A stretch of DNA of 63,987 bases, filler included, from Barthelona sp. PAP020 (lineage: Eukaryota): NCBI GenBank assembly GCA_040182905.1. It is 12 parts of 12 records of this genome, joined end to end, with 100 filler letters (N's around TTAATTAATTAA, not from the genome) between each part and the next. Parts side by side here need not be neighbours in the genome. Positions count along the whole stretch, not along the records: positions 5,563 to 11,010 come from JARQWU010000605.1; positions 11,111 to 16,529 come from JARQWU010000606.1; positions 16,630 to 22,042 come from JARQWU010000607.1; 9 more parts are not named here. One strand, 5' to 3'. The position numbers and the translations under genes were made by a program. The notes under the pieces were generated by a model. It ran no database searches. It was not told the origin of the DNA and saw only the letters and a list, made by a program, of their open reading frames with translations. Positions 9,201-18,287 of the stretch are shown piece by piece. Each line of letters starts with the position of its first letter. Positions within the stretch are counted from its first letter, which is position 1.

Positions 9201-10943
9201 ATGAGTTATGAACGTACAAGAACGGATTCTACTAGAAATTTGTATGATGATGGGCAACAAAAAAGTGATACGATTGTTATTGAATGCAAAGAACCTTATC
9301 AATTGAATTTATTGCCAAATTTCAACAAAGAAGACTTTTTATATCCTGATCCTGATTATGAGATTGCATTGAATGATTTTATTCTCAAATTAAAAGACAC
9401 TTTCAATGAATTGTGCAAAACCAAATTACTTATTGATGCTCCCTTAATCTTATTTGATGAATGGATTTATGAATACATTATTAATAAAACAAATATGCAA
9501 GAACCATTATTTTCCTATGAAACAGACATTTCAGTTATGGTTACCAAAGTACCTGATTATCATCCTATTAAGCTTCAAACAGATTATTCAATGAAAAGAT
9601 ACAAGAATGAGAAACATTTTAAAGCAGATTACACTCAAATTATATCTGACATATCAAGTTTTTGTAATATTGCTAAGAACTTCATTCGAGAATTATGTAA
9701 TCCTAGCATGAATAATTTTGGAGTACCAAACACCAGTGAAATTGAAGGATTTGCTGGATTAGTTGAAGATTTTAAAAAAATTTATCAACGTTTAAGTTAT
9801 CGCATTGAATATGAGTTTCCTAACCTATTTTTAGCTTCAATAGTCGATTCTACTGAGTTTTCTTTGGATAATGTATACGATTTATTTGAAGAGTTTACTC
9901 AATTACAAACATCTTATAAGAGAATTATTAATGCTGTCTTCAATAATCAAATAGAAGAGATTATAAATGAAATGAGCGGTCTTATTCATGAATTTATTCA
10001 AGAAACAGCCACAAAGGAGAATAATTATAAGAAGCTGTTTTTATCCCGTTTGGAGACAGGTTCTACTGCAGTTGAAGGAAATGTTCTTCCTAAGTGGGAA
10101 TCATTCAGAGAAAATCCAGCATTAAGAGAAAATGAAGCTATGGATGAGGTAAGCTTTAAAAGTCATCGATTTTCAATTGTAACTCAAGATATCAAAAAGC
10201 TAAGGTTGATGTATAGCGCGTATTTGAAGAAAATTTTGAAAGATGACGAAATCTCCGTCGGGAGATATGATCCTGATTTTTTGATCATTGTATTCTGTCT
10301 ATTATGCCGATATAACACATTTCAACCTGATAGCAGACGTGAAAGAGAGTTAGCAAAAGTGAATTATAAGATTAACTATCAGACTTGCTTAGTTGGACAA
10401 TTATGTGAAGCATTGAACTCTTCTTCTTTAAAAGTTGAAGGTGAGCTTTTTTCCTCATTCTTTAACACTAGTTGTTCTCGATATTTGAGTGCATTTTCTG
10501 ATTTGGAATGGATTTTGGGATGTACAGGATCAATTATTGATGGTTTAAGTTTTACAAACTCTAACGAGAATGAACTCAAGATGATTGGTAGTTTTATGGC
10601 TTATCCTCCACAAATTCCTTATGTAATAGAGAAGAGTCTTGAGATTTTATCCAGATTTTTGAATACTAACAATCCTTTGTCTATATTATTCTTCATTGAA
10701 GATACATTGATTAATGAAGCGCAAATTGATTTGTTAAAGGAGGCTGGATATGTTCGTTTTGTTTACAAGATACCTTCGATAAAACTGATGAATATTCCCA
10801 CCATTAGCAATAGACACAAATGTTTTACTCATAAGAACAATTTATATTCAGTGATATTATTGCAAAATGAAGAAGGAAATAAGGGTTTTCCAATTGAAGT
10901 TTCTGAATTAAGTTCAATTTTTGCCCATACCAGTAAAAATTAA
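9201..10943 (+). CDS. PCIF1: PCIF1/CAPAM-like cap m6Am methyltransferase homologue with degenerate catalytic motif
   Basis: FCLLCRYNTF, ELFSSFFNTSCSRYLSAFSDLEWILGCTG, GSFMAYPPQ and PLSILFFI follow the order of PCIF1 motifs (CLLRRY, ECFASPLN..YCSAFPD, GSFEANPPF, PLSFIVFI). Confidence 0.72.
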   Translation: MSYERTRTDSTRNLYDDGQQKSDTIVIECKEPYQLNLLPNFNKEDFLYPDPDYEIALNDFILKLKDTFNELCKTKLLIDAPLILFDEWIYEYIINKTNMQEPLFSYETDISVMVTKVPDYHPIKLQTDYSMKRYKNEKHFKADYTQIISDISSFCNIAKNFIRELCNPSMNNFGVPNTSEIEGFAGLVEDFKKIYQRLSYRIEYEFPNLFLASIVDSTEFSLDNVYDLFEEFTQLQTSYKRIINAVFNNQIEEIINEMSGLIHEFIQETATKENNYKKLFLSRLETGSTAVEGNVLPKWESFRENPALRENEAMDEVSFKSHRFSIVTQDIKKLRLMYSAYLKKILKDDEISVGRYDPDFLIIVFCLLCRYNTFQPDSRRERELAKVNYKINYQTCLVGQLCEALNSSSLKVEGELFSSFFNTSCSRYLSAFSDLEWILGCTGSIIDGLSFTNSNENELKMIGSFMAYPPQIPYVIEKSLEILSRFLNTNNPLSILFFIEDTLINEAQIDLLKEAGYVRFVYKIPSIKLMNIPTISNRHKCFTHKNNLYSVILLQNEEGNKGFPIEVSELSSIFAHTSKN

Positions 10944-11110
10944 TTTTAAATGGTTTTATGTGTTTTATAAATTTATTTTTTTTTCTTTTCATCGTTAATA
11001 TATGTTTTTTNNNNNNNNNNNNNNNNNNNNNNNNNNNNNNNNNNNNNNNNNNNNTTAATTAATTAANNNNNNNNNNNNNNNNNNNNNNNNNNNNNNNNNN
11101 NNNNNNNNNN

Positions 11111-11326
11111 TCATATTGAGAATTGCCTTTTTTTGATCCAGAAATCTTATCATCAACATCTCTTGTTAATTTTGCTCTACGCGCTTTTAATAAACATATG
11201 TGCTAAACGTTAGTTATTTTTTCAAAACAATTGTAAAAATACACTCATTGTAGCTTTGTTCTTCTGGGTACGTGATAGTTCCTCATCAATAGCAGCTATT
11301 TGTGCTTGAATTTCTTCAACACCCAT
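11111..11326 (-). CDS. DRG: Developmentally regulated GTP-binding protein (DRG1/DRG2), N-terminal fragment with one intron
   Basis: Not in the ORF track. Spliced product MGVEEIQAQIAAIDEELSRTQKNKATMS|HICLLKARRAKL carries the DRG RTQKNKAT signature. 40-nt intron at 11203-11242 (GTATTT..ACTAACGTTTAG). Confidence 0.9.
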
Positions 11327-11961
11327 TCGAAACAAAAAAAAAAACCAAATATTTTGATTTATTGATAAATGAAAAATTATATTCACTCCATTTGTGTGAG
11401 AAAAAATTTAATGATGGACCTTTTCAGAATCAAAAGGAAACAAATATAAAATCTTTATGGAATGTTTTTCTTTTTTAGTGCATTATTGGTGGTATTAAAT
11501 TGATACTATTGGAATATATATGGAAAAAATCGTTTTAAATTAATTGGCTGTGTGTTTTTTTTTTTGAAGAATATTAAAACAATTTGTATTACATATCATT
11601 TTGATGATCACTAATATTTAAATGAAAATAAAACCAAATTATCAATTATTTGTGGCCACTTGTATTGGGTAGCTATTTACTTTGGAAAACGAAAAAAAAA
11701 TCATCATATCCTTCAAAAATCCTATAAAATTTAAATAATAACTCAACAAATGGTGAAAATATAAAATAATGAAAAAAAAAAAAGATCTTGATTAATTGCT
11801 ACTGGTTTATTCCAATTTGATTTTTTTTTCGACTCACAATTTTTGAAAACAATAAATTTATTTGTTATTTTTTAATACCTTTTATAAAAAAAGAAAAAAA
11901 GAAAACAAAAAGAGGAAAAAAAAAAAAATACTTCATTATTTTTGTTCTCTTTCAATTCTTT

Positions 11962-13293
11962 ATGGAAAGAACTAAAATATTTAAACAAATATGTGAGGTG
12001 TATACAAAAGATGATGGTATTTTAAAAATTGCAAATGAATTAAATGCCAAAATTGAAGAACCAGTTTCTACAATCAATGTGTTGTTAATAGGGGATGTTT
12101 CGAGTGGAAAATCGACATTTATTAACCATTATATTGGCTATGATGGTGATGAAGCAATGCAAACGGTGGGTCAAGCAAGAGAAACGTCAGAGATAACGAT
12201 TATTTCTAATGCGAAGAATAATAATTTCATTCGAAATATAACTGGAAAAAGTATCTTTGATCGGTATCCAATTTTTAGTTCGTTTCGATATAATATTGGG
12301 ATTGAAAACATTTTAAAAGCGAAATTAGTAGCTTTTAAAGAGAACAAAGATTGTAATATCAACTTTATTGATACTCCTGGCTTACAAAGTGAATGTAACA
12401 ATAAAGAATATGAAATTATTGGTTACATTGAACAGTTAGCAGAAGAATGTTCAGTAATTTTAGTTTTTGTGAGTAATGGTGGTATTTATGACATGACTTT
12501 GGATGTTATCCAGAGAATATATCCAAAACATAATGAAAAGATGACATTTGTTGTTGGAAAGGCAGATATTTGCAACAATGAGGGGGATAGAACGAAGATG
12601 ATATCTCAATTCATGAGAAACCTGGCAACTGTCATTGATGTTGATAAGGTCACTTTTTTACCGATTGGTGTGGATGATAAGAATAGAAAAGAAGCTAATT
12701 TTTCAGGCAATCAACTGATGGACCTAAAAAATTTGCTCAATTCAAGAGTTGACCAGCAGGTGGAAAAAATGTTTGACAAGACTTTTGATGATTTATATGA
12801 GATTTCTACCTGTTTAAAAAAAAAGATTAAATTATTGATGAGACATCGAAGAAGGGTTAAAATCTGGAAAAGTTTGGTAACTTTTTTACAGATGACATTC
12901 TTCTTGTTGCTCATTTTTCTTTCGTTTTATTTTTCTGGATATTTATTAAATAAATATGATGTTTTTGAAAAGAATAATGTTGTAATTGTTCAAAAGTTTG
13001 GTTCAATTTTTCAAACGAAAGCTATTTTATTTTTGGAAGATAAGGTTTCTGTAGTTTACATAAAGTTCAAAATTGTTTCAGTTTTGATTTGTTTTGGGTT
13101 TTTTTTCCTCATTTATTTTTTGAAAAAAGCATTATTTTGGAAGATTTACCTACCTTATGAAGAAGTTATCAGAATTAACAGTTTGCAGAAAAAATTGAAA
13201 GACGTTGGTGTTAGAGTGAATCATATTCAAAATAGTTGGTTTGGTGAGTTGATAGCTCCCGCAACTCCAAAAAAAAATAATTTCTTTTCGTGA
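11962..13293 (+). CDS. Dynamin-superfamily (EHD/sarcalumenin-like) GTPase with two C-terminal TM helices
   Basis: G1 GDVSSGKST, G3 DTPG and G4-like GKAD, then a helical stalk and hydrophobic segments (FLQMTFFLLLIFLSFYF; IVSVLICFGFFFLIYFL). Confidence 0.75.
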   Translation: MERTKIFKQICEVYTKDDGILKIANELNAKIEEPVSTINVLLIGDVSSGKSTFINHYIGYDGDEAMQTVGQARETSEITIISNAKNNNFIRNITGKSIFDRYPIFSSFRYNIGIENILKAKLVAFKENKDCNINFIDTPGLQSECNNKEYEIIGYIEQLAEECSVILVFVSNGGIYDMTLDVIQRIYPKHNEKMTFVVGKADICNNEGDRTKMISQFMRNLATVIDVDKVTFLPIGVDDKNRKEANFSGNQLMDLKNLLNSRVDQQVEKMFDKTFDDLYEISTCLKKKIKLLMRHRRRVKIWKSLVTFLQMTFFLLLIFLSFYFSGYLLNKYDVFEKNNVVIVQKFGSIFQTKAILFLEDKVSVVYIKFKIVSVLICFGFFFLIYFLKKALFWKIYLPYEEVIRINSLQKKLKDVGVRVNHIQNSWFGELIAPATPKKNNFFS

Positions 13294-13367
13294 ATTTATA
13301 AAGTTTTTCATTATCAAGAATAAAGAATTTAACTGAAGAAAAAACCTTTGAATAATAAATAATTATT

Positions 13368-14165
13368 TTACCATCTCTTATTTCCAAATCCTCCACGATT
13401 TCCATCACGGTTACCATCACGGTTACCACCACTACGTCTATCGTTACCACCGAATCGGCTGTTACTTCTGTCACGGTTTCCATCTCGATTGTCCCTTCTG
13501 TCATTGCCACCACGATTGTCTCGTCTGTCATTTCCACCAAATCTGCTGTTACTTCTATCACGGTTTCCATCTCGTCTGTCTCCACCACGGTTTCCATCAC
13601 GTCTATCGCCACCGCGATTTCCACCAAATCGATTATTACCACGATCTCCACGATCTCCACGATTTCCATCACGTCTATCACCACCGCGATTTCCACCAAA
13701 TTTGCTATTTCTGTCGTTTCTGTCATTACCAAATCTATTTCCGCCTTTTCTATCTCCAAAACTACTTTTGTTATCCTTTTTATCCATCTTTGGTGCTCTT
13801 TTCTTGGGTTGAGTGATACGAGTCTTAGGAATAGTTTCATAAGCATCTACAAAAATCTTGTCACCAGTTTCAAAACTAGAAGCTCTAATACCAGCCGAAG
13901 GTTCAACAACAAGCATGATATCATCAAGTCTACCAAAAATATCAAAAGCTGTACCAACTTGTTGAGAATTCTGTAAAAAGATACGTGAACTAAACTTTCC
14001 AATCTTTGGTATCAACTTAGCGTCACCTAATAAATATACCATTTTACCTTCAACTTCATGAAGATAAGAGCCTAATTCTTGTAAATCTTTTGGAACAGAA
14101 TCACGATCAAATGATCGATTACGATTACCAAAAGATCTTGTGCGATCATTACGTTGGAACCCCAT
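13368..14165 (-). CDS. GAR1: H/ACA RNP subunit Gar1 with RGG/RD-rich repeat tail
   Basis: Core LGSYLHEVEG..IFLQNSQQVG..DIFG..IRASSF..KIFVD matches Gar1. First ATG at 14165. Confidence 0.85.
   Translation of the reverse strand: MGFQRNDRTRSFGNRNRSFDRDSVPKDLQELGSYLHEVEGKMVYLLGDAKLIPKIGKFSSRIFLQNSQQVGTAFDIFGRLDDIMLVVEPSAGIRASSFETGDKIFVDAYETIPKTRITQPKKRAPKMDKKDNKSSFGDRKGGNRFGNDRNDRNSKFGGNRGGDRRDGNRGDRGDRGNNRFGGNRGGDRRDGNRGGDRRDGNRDRSNSRFGGNDRRDNRGGNDRRDNRDGNRDRSNSRFGGNDRRSGGNRDGNRDGNRGGFGNKRW
13385..13760 (-). repeat. Coding tandem repeat in the Gar1 tail (RFGGN / RGGDRRDGNR units)
   Basis: Imperfect repeats such as CCACGATTTCCATCACG and TTTCCACCAAAT recur on the + strand. Confidence 0.85.
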
Positions 14166-14316
14166 TGAAAAAAAGTAAAGAAATTTTTTTTTTTTTGGTT
14201 GCAACTCATTTTTTAAATATTTCAAAAAAAAATTGATAAATGTTGCATACTAATATTATCTCAAATAAAAAAGGAAAAAAAGAAAAAAAAGTTGAAAGCT
14301 TTGAATGACTACAAAT

Positions 14317-15195
14317 TTATATTATTGGGGTTCTTTTTGAAGCAAAATAATTGTTAAACTCAACAGTAGATTGAATGGCATCTTCAATAGACATCTGATT
14401 GTTGGCATCATAAACTGTTGAAGGAACAGTAGTTTTTATTGCAGTAAAGTCAATCTTAAGGGCTGGCATTTCAGGTACATTACCAACAAATCTTGCAACT
14501 TCTTCTGTAAAACCAATTAAAGACACTTGTTTACTCTTTGTCAAATCACATGCAATATAAATGTTGTGTTCATCCATTGTGACTTTAGCATTTCTCATAA
14601 CTTTGCTTGGAGGTTCAATAACAATTTCTTGCTCATTGAAGCTCATTTCTCTTTCAACAGTCAAATCAACATATACTCCAGGAGCTTCATGAATTGCCAA
14701 ATTTCCACGAGTTGCAGCCAATTGTGAAAACTGCGTAGGGTCATATTCAACTCTAACAATTAATTGTCCATGAGTAACCGCCCAATATATATTTTGAGTT
14801 GGACGTGCTGTATGACTTATATGAGATATTCTTGGTGTCCCAGTTCTTTTAGGGGTGGCAAGCATGGATGAACCAATATTCCCACCAAATGTTTTTGAAT
14901 CAATAGAATCATCCAAATTGGGTTGAATTATCCTTTGACAAATGTTGGATACTTGAGATGAACTTTTTTTTTCTTTTTTCAAAAATATCTTTTGTCTTCT
15001 TAAAAAATCTTGATAATATTGTGCATGTTGTGGGTCTGGTGGTGCGTCATTCAAAGACATACCATGTTTATGTTGTTTACAATGGTATCGTCTTTTACCA
15101 TAGAAACGGACTTGTTGACCTGGAAATAATGGAGCATCACAATATTCACACATAGCAACTTGACCTTCACCCTTTAATAAAACATAAGTAGCCAT
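14317..15195 (-). CDS. Hypothetical protein with an N-terminal LIM-like zinc-binding motif
   Basis: CEYC-x17-HC-x2-H pattern near the N-terminus; 290-aa open frame. Confidence 0.55.
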   Translation of the reverse strand: MATYVLLKGEGQVAMCEYCDAPLFPGQQVRFYGKRRYHCKQHKHGMSLNDAPPDPQHAQYYQDFLRRQKIFLKKEKKSSSQVSNICQRIIQPNLDDSIDSKTFGGNIGSSMLATPKRTGTPRISHISHTARPTQNIYWAVTHGQLIVRVEYDPTQFSQLAATRGNLAIHEAPGVYVDLTVEREMSFNEQEIVIEPPSKVMRNAKVTMDEHNIYIACDLTKSKQVSLIGFTEEVARFVGNVPEMPALKIDFTAIKTTVPSTVYDANNQMSIEDAIQSTVEFNNYFASKRTPII

Positions 15196-15247
15196 GATAA
15201 AATAAAAAACAAACAATGTATCTACATTTTTTATTTGAGATGATTTT

Positions 15248-16075
15248 ATGACTGATAATCTATTTCATGGGATATTATTAACTCCATCAGTATTAAGTGA
15301 ATTATTAGATGGTGTAAAATTAAATGAAAACGATTCAATTATTTCTGCCATTGTTTCTTATGATAGATTTGCATTTTTTGCAGAAAGACAAAGTTGTATA
15401 AGTGTTGTTGGATTAATCAACAAAAACGCTTTTTCTGAATATATTTTAAATGAAGATAGAATTGTTTTTTCCATAAAATATGATTTATTTGATCAAGCAT
15501 TAAAATTTTTAGATATAGAAACAAATAATTCTTCAACTGTGGAATTAAATATAACAAATGATCAGACTATTGAACTGTTTAGTCAAATATCTACGTGTTC
15601 AATCCATTCTTCAATCAGATTGAATTATCAAGAGCAAAATCAATTAGATTTTTCATTTTTAGGGTTTAATCCCGAAGAATTGAACTGTCGTGTTGATTTT
15701 CAGAATAATGTTAATTTCTTGTTTCAAAACCAAGGTTCTATCATTATCATCAGTTGTGATGATAAAAAAACCAAACTTTTGGTATCTTCTTCCAGTGAAT
15801 TGATCCAATTAGAGACTTTTGTGTCAAATAGTTCCAGTGTTATTGAACGTTTTATTCTATCTAACAATTTCAAGTATCAATATCAAGCTAAATTCTTTGA
15901 GGTTATTCCAAAATTGTACCGATCATTGTGTCTTAGAATTGATAAAAATGGTGTTCTTTGTCTTCGATTTCAATACAGTGAAAGACTTTCTGAAATTGAA
16001 TTTTATATTGCACCAATGGAAGTGGCTCTTTTTGAAGAATCAGATACAGAAGATGAAACTGATTTAGAAACTTGA
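15248..16075 (+). CDS. RAD1: Rad1-like 9-1-1 checkpoint clamp subunit (PCNA fold)
   Basis: 275 aa. SCISVVGLINKNAFSEY and the C-terminal LCLRIDKNGVLCLRF..IEFYIAP plus an acidic tail resemble Rad1. Confidence 0.62.
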   Translation: MTDNLFHGILLTPSVLSELLDGVKLNENDSIISAIVSYDRFAFFAERQSCISVVGLINKNAFSEYILNEDRIVFSIKYDLFDQALKFLDIETNNSSTVELNITNDQTIELFSQISTCSIHSSIRLNYQEQNQLDFSFLGFNPEELNCRVDFQNNVNFLFQNQGSIIIISCDDKKTKLLVSSSSELIQLETFVSNSSSVIERFILSNNFKYQYQAKFFEVIPKLYRSLCLRIDKNGVLCLRFQYSERLSEIEFYIAPMEVALFEESDTEDETDLET

Positions 16076-16264
16076 AACAAACAATTGTAACTTTCTTTCT
16101 TTTTTTTTTGATGATTCGTTTATGTCAGCAATTTAAAAACAAATAAATCAATAAAAGTTAATTTTCTTTCTTTTTCATGAAGAATAATCCAAAAAAAAAA
16201 AAAAAAAAATTAAAACTTGGCTATAGCTTCATTTATAGTGTAAAATCAAATGCTTTTGTTCCGA

Positions 16265-16529
16265 TTAGTTAAGAGATTGAATCATCTTGCTGTACTTTTC
16301 AGCAGCTTCGCGAGAACGAACACGACGAGCCATTCTTTCATTGTTACGACGTTCTTTACGACGAATGCCTTCAGAAGTATGAAGACGTTGAATCTTAGGT
16401 GCCTTAACAACAGTCATTTCGTGACCAGCCTTGGTAGTCTTTGTGAATTTACGACGTCCAACAAACATACGAACATCATCAGACTTATCTAATTTCCAGA
16501 ACTTACGAATGTTATTGGCTCTCTTAGGT
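16265..16529 (-). CDS. RPS6: 40S ribosomal protein S6 (eS6), C-terminal part
   Basis: PKRANNIRK..DDVR..KAPKIQRL signature; 5' end cut by the linker. Confidence 0.93.
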
Positions 16530-17280
16530 NNNNNNNNNNNNNNNNNNNNNNNNNNNNNNNNNNNNNNNNNNNNTTAATTAATTAANNNNNNNNNNNNNNN
16601 NNNNNNNNNNNNNNNNNNNNNNNNNNNNNTTATTTTATTAACTAACGAATCAAATAATCCTGAGTACCAGCATCTCGGAATTTAAGGAATAACAAAAGGG
16701 GAAAAGTTCCCTCGGAAAAATAAAAGAAAAAAAAAAAGCAAATAAAATACACTTTCATCAAATTTTATTTTCAATGGATTGGTTACTGGAATTAACATAC
16801 AATTCAAAGTAATTTATTGTTATTCTTTGGAGAAATGTTCAAAAATCAACAAATCAAAGGAGTCCTTTATTTTTTGTTGACTTGTGCCCATAATAATTCA
16901 CAATAGAAAAATTAAGAAAAGCATTGGAATGAAAAAGTTGTTTCTTTTTTTATTATTTCCACACAAAGCACAATTTTTCAGGACAGAATAAAGGTTTTCA
17001 CTTTTGAAAAAGCATCAGCTTCAACTTTTTTAATTGAATGATCGTTTTTTTTTTTAAAAAAATATGACCCTTATTTAACTGATTTTTGTGCTTCATTGAA
17101 AGAAAACAAAATGTCAATTGAAAGAGGTTTCAGGTTCTTGCCATTCTTCATTATTTAGTCTTCAAAACAAATAAAGTTATTTCAGACAATTGAGACCATA
17201 AATTCCCCAAAATCACAACATTTTTACCAAAAAAATAAAAAATAAAAAATGAGGGTTGTTACAAGCCTATTATTTTTGGC

Positions 17281-17935
17281 GAATCGAAATTTTCCGATTC
17301 TTCCTTTTTCCCTCGAGGTACGGAACTTTTCCTCAACCTACCCCCCAATTTTTGACCTGCCACGGTGAATGCATGAAAACTTGCACAAATAGGATAAGTT
17401 TTAAAAAATATCTGAGCGTTAAGCTCTTTTGAGCTATTAGTAATGCAGTATTTCACATCCTGCATAGGGCGCTGTTCTCCTATGACAGCCTATGAAAGAG
17501 TAGGTCTCAAATCAGAGACGTTCCTTTTAGGAACGCTGAACCCCCGAAAATAATAAAGATTGAAGTTTATTATTTATAAATCAATTAAGATTCTCAGTCT
17601 CTGATTTGGATAAGTTCGGGAAACGGTTCGTACAAGAAGAAAAATAAAAATAAGATGTAAAGATTTTACAAACATTTTCATAAAGAAGACATGTATAACC
17701 CACATATAGGACAGTAGTTAAGATACAAGCATTACTCGGAGAGTTCGACAAAAGTCAAAGAAATTCCAGATAAGACTCCAAACATGGAGATAACGTCGAC
17801 AAGAACAATTGTTTACTTCAAGAATACTGAATTTAATCCTTTAGGTCGCATGTTTTTTTTTAGGGCGTCGAACATCCCAAAATCTTCGTCATTGAAAACT
17901 TCTAACTATACCAAACCCCAACGTGATGGGTTAAC
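17281..17935. ncRNA. Unclassified hairpin-rich non-coding element (candidate structured RNA or mobile-element end)
   Basis: At least 10 inverted repeats, including a perfect 12-bp pair (17508-19/17597-608) and a crossing pair (17538-48/17615-29). No credible ORF. Confidence 0.4.
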
Positions 17936-18287
17936 ATAAAAATAAAAGTCTTTTAAATTTATGAAAAGAAATTATCGAAGTCAATTTAAATGCTTAATGT
18001 TACAAACACCAATTCCACACAATAAACAGAGAAAATAACCATAATTCAACACCATAACCCCTTAATTACCCGAATAGGTTGTATAGCTCATAGTCTAGTA
18101 AATACTTAAGAAAGAGCAGTTCAATTGTATCTAAAAACAAAACAACCACACGCAACGAATATTTGTCAACATCGTTCATTGACATGCGGTGAATATTTGC
18201 AATTTGAATTTTGGAAAAAATTTGAAAATTTCTAGTCAATTGCTGATTTCTATTTTCCATTTATTTCTTTTTTTTTGTTAGTTTATT

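Noticed and set aside
17311..17452. U4-like (AACTTTTCC..AATTTTTGAC) and U2-like (stem-TTTT-GCTA..GCAGTA) words
   Set aside because: The essential U4/U6 stem I sequence and the U2 GTAGTA/AAGATCA motifs are missing, so the matches are probably chance.
17500..17630. Group I intron R/S-like words (TCAGAGAC, AAGAT..AGTC) or a hammerhead core
   Set aside because: The helix is continuous with no P7 bulge, there are no P/Q elements or host exon, and there is no CUGANGA core.
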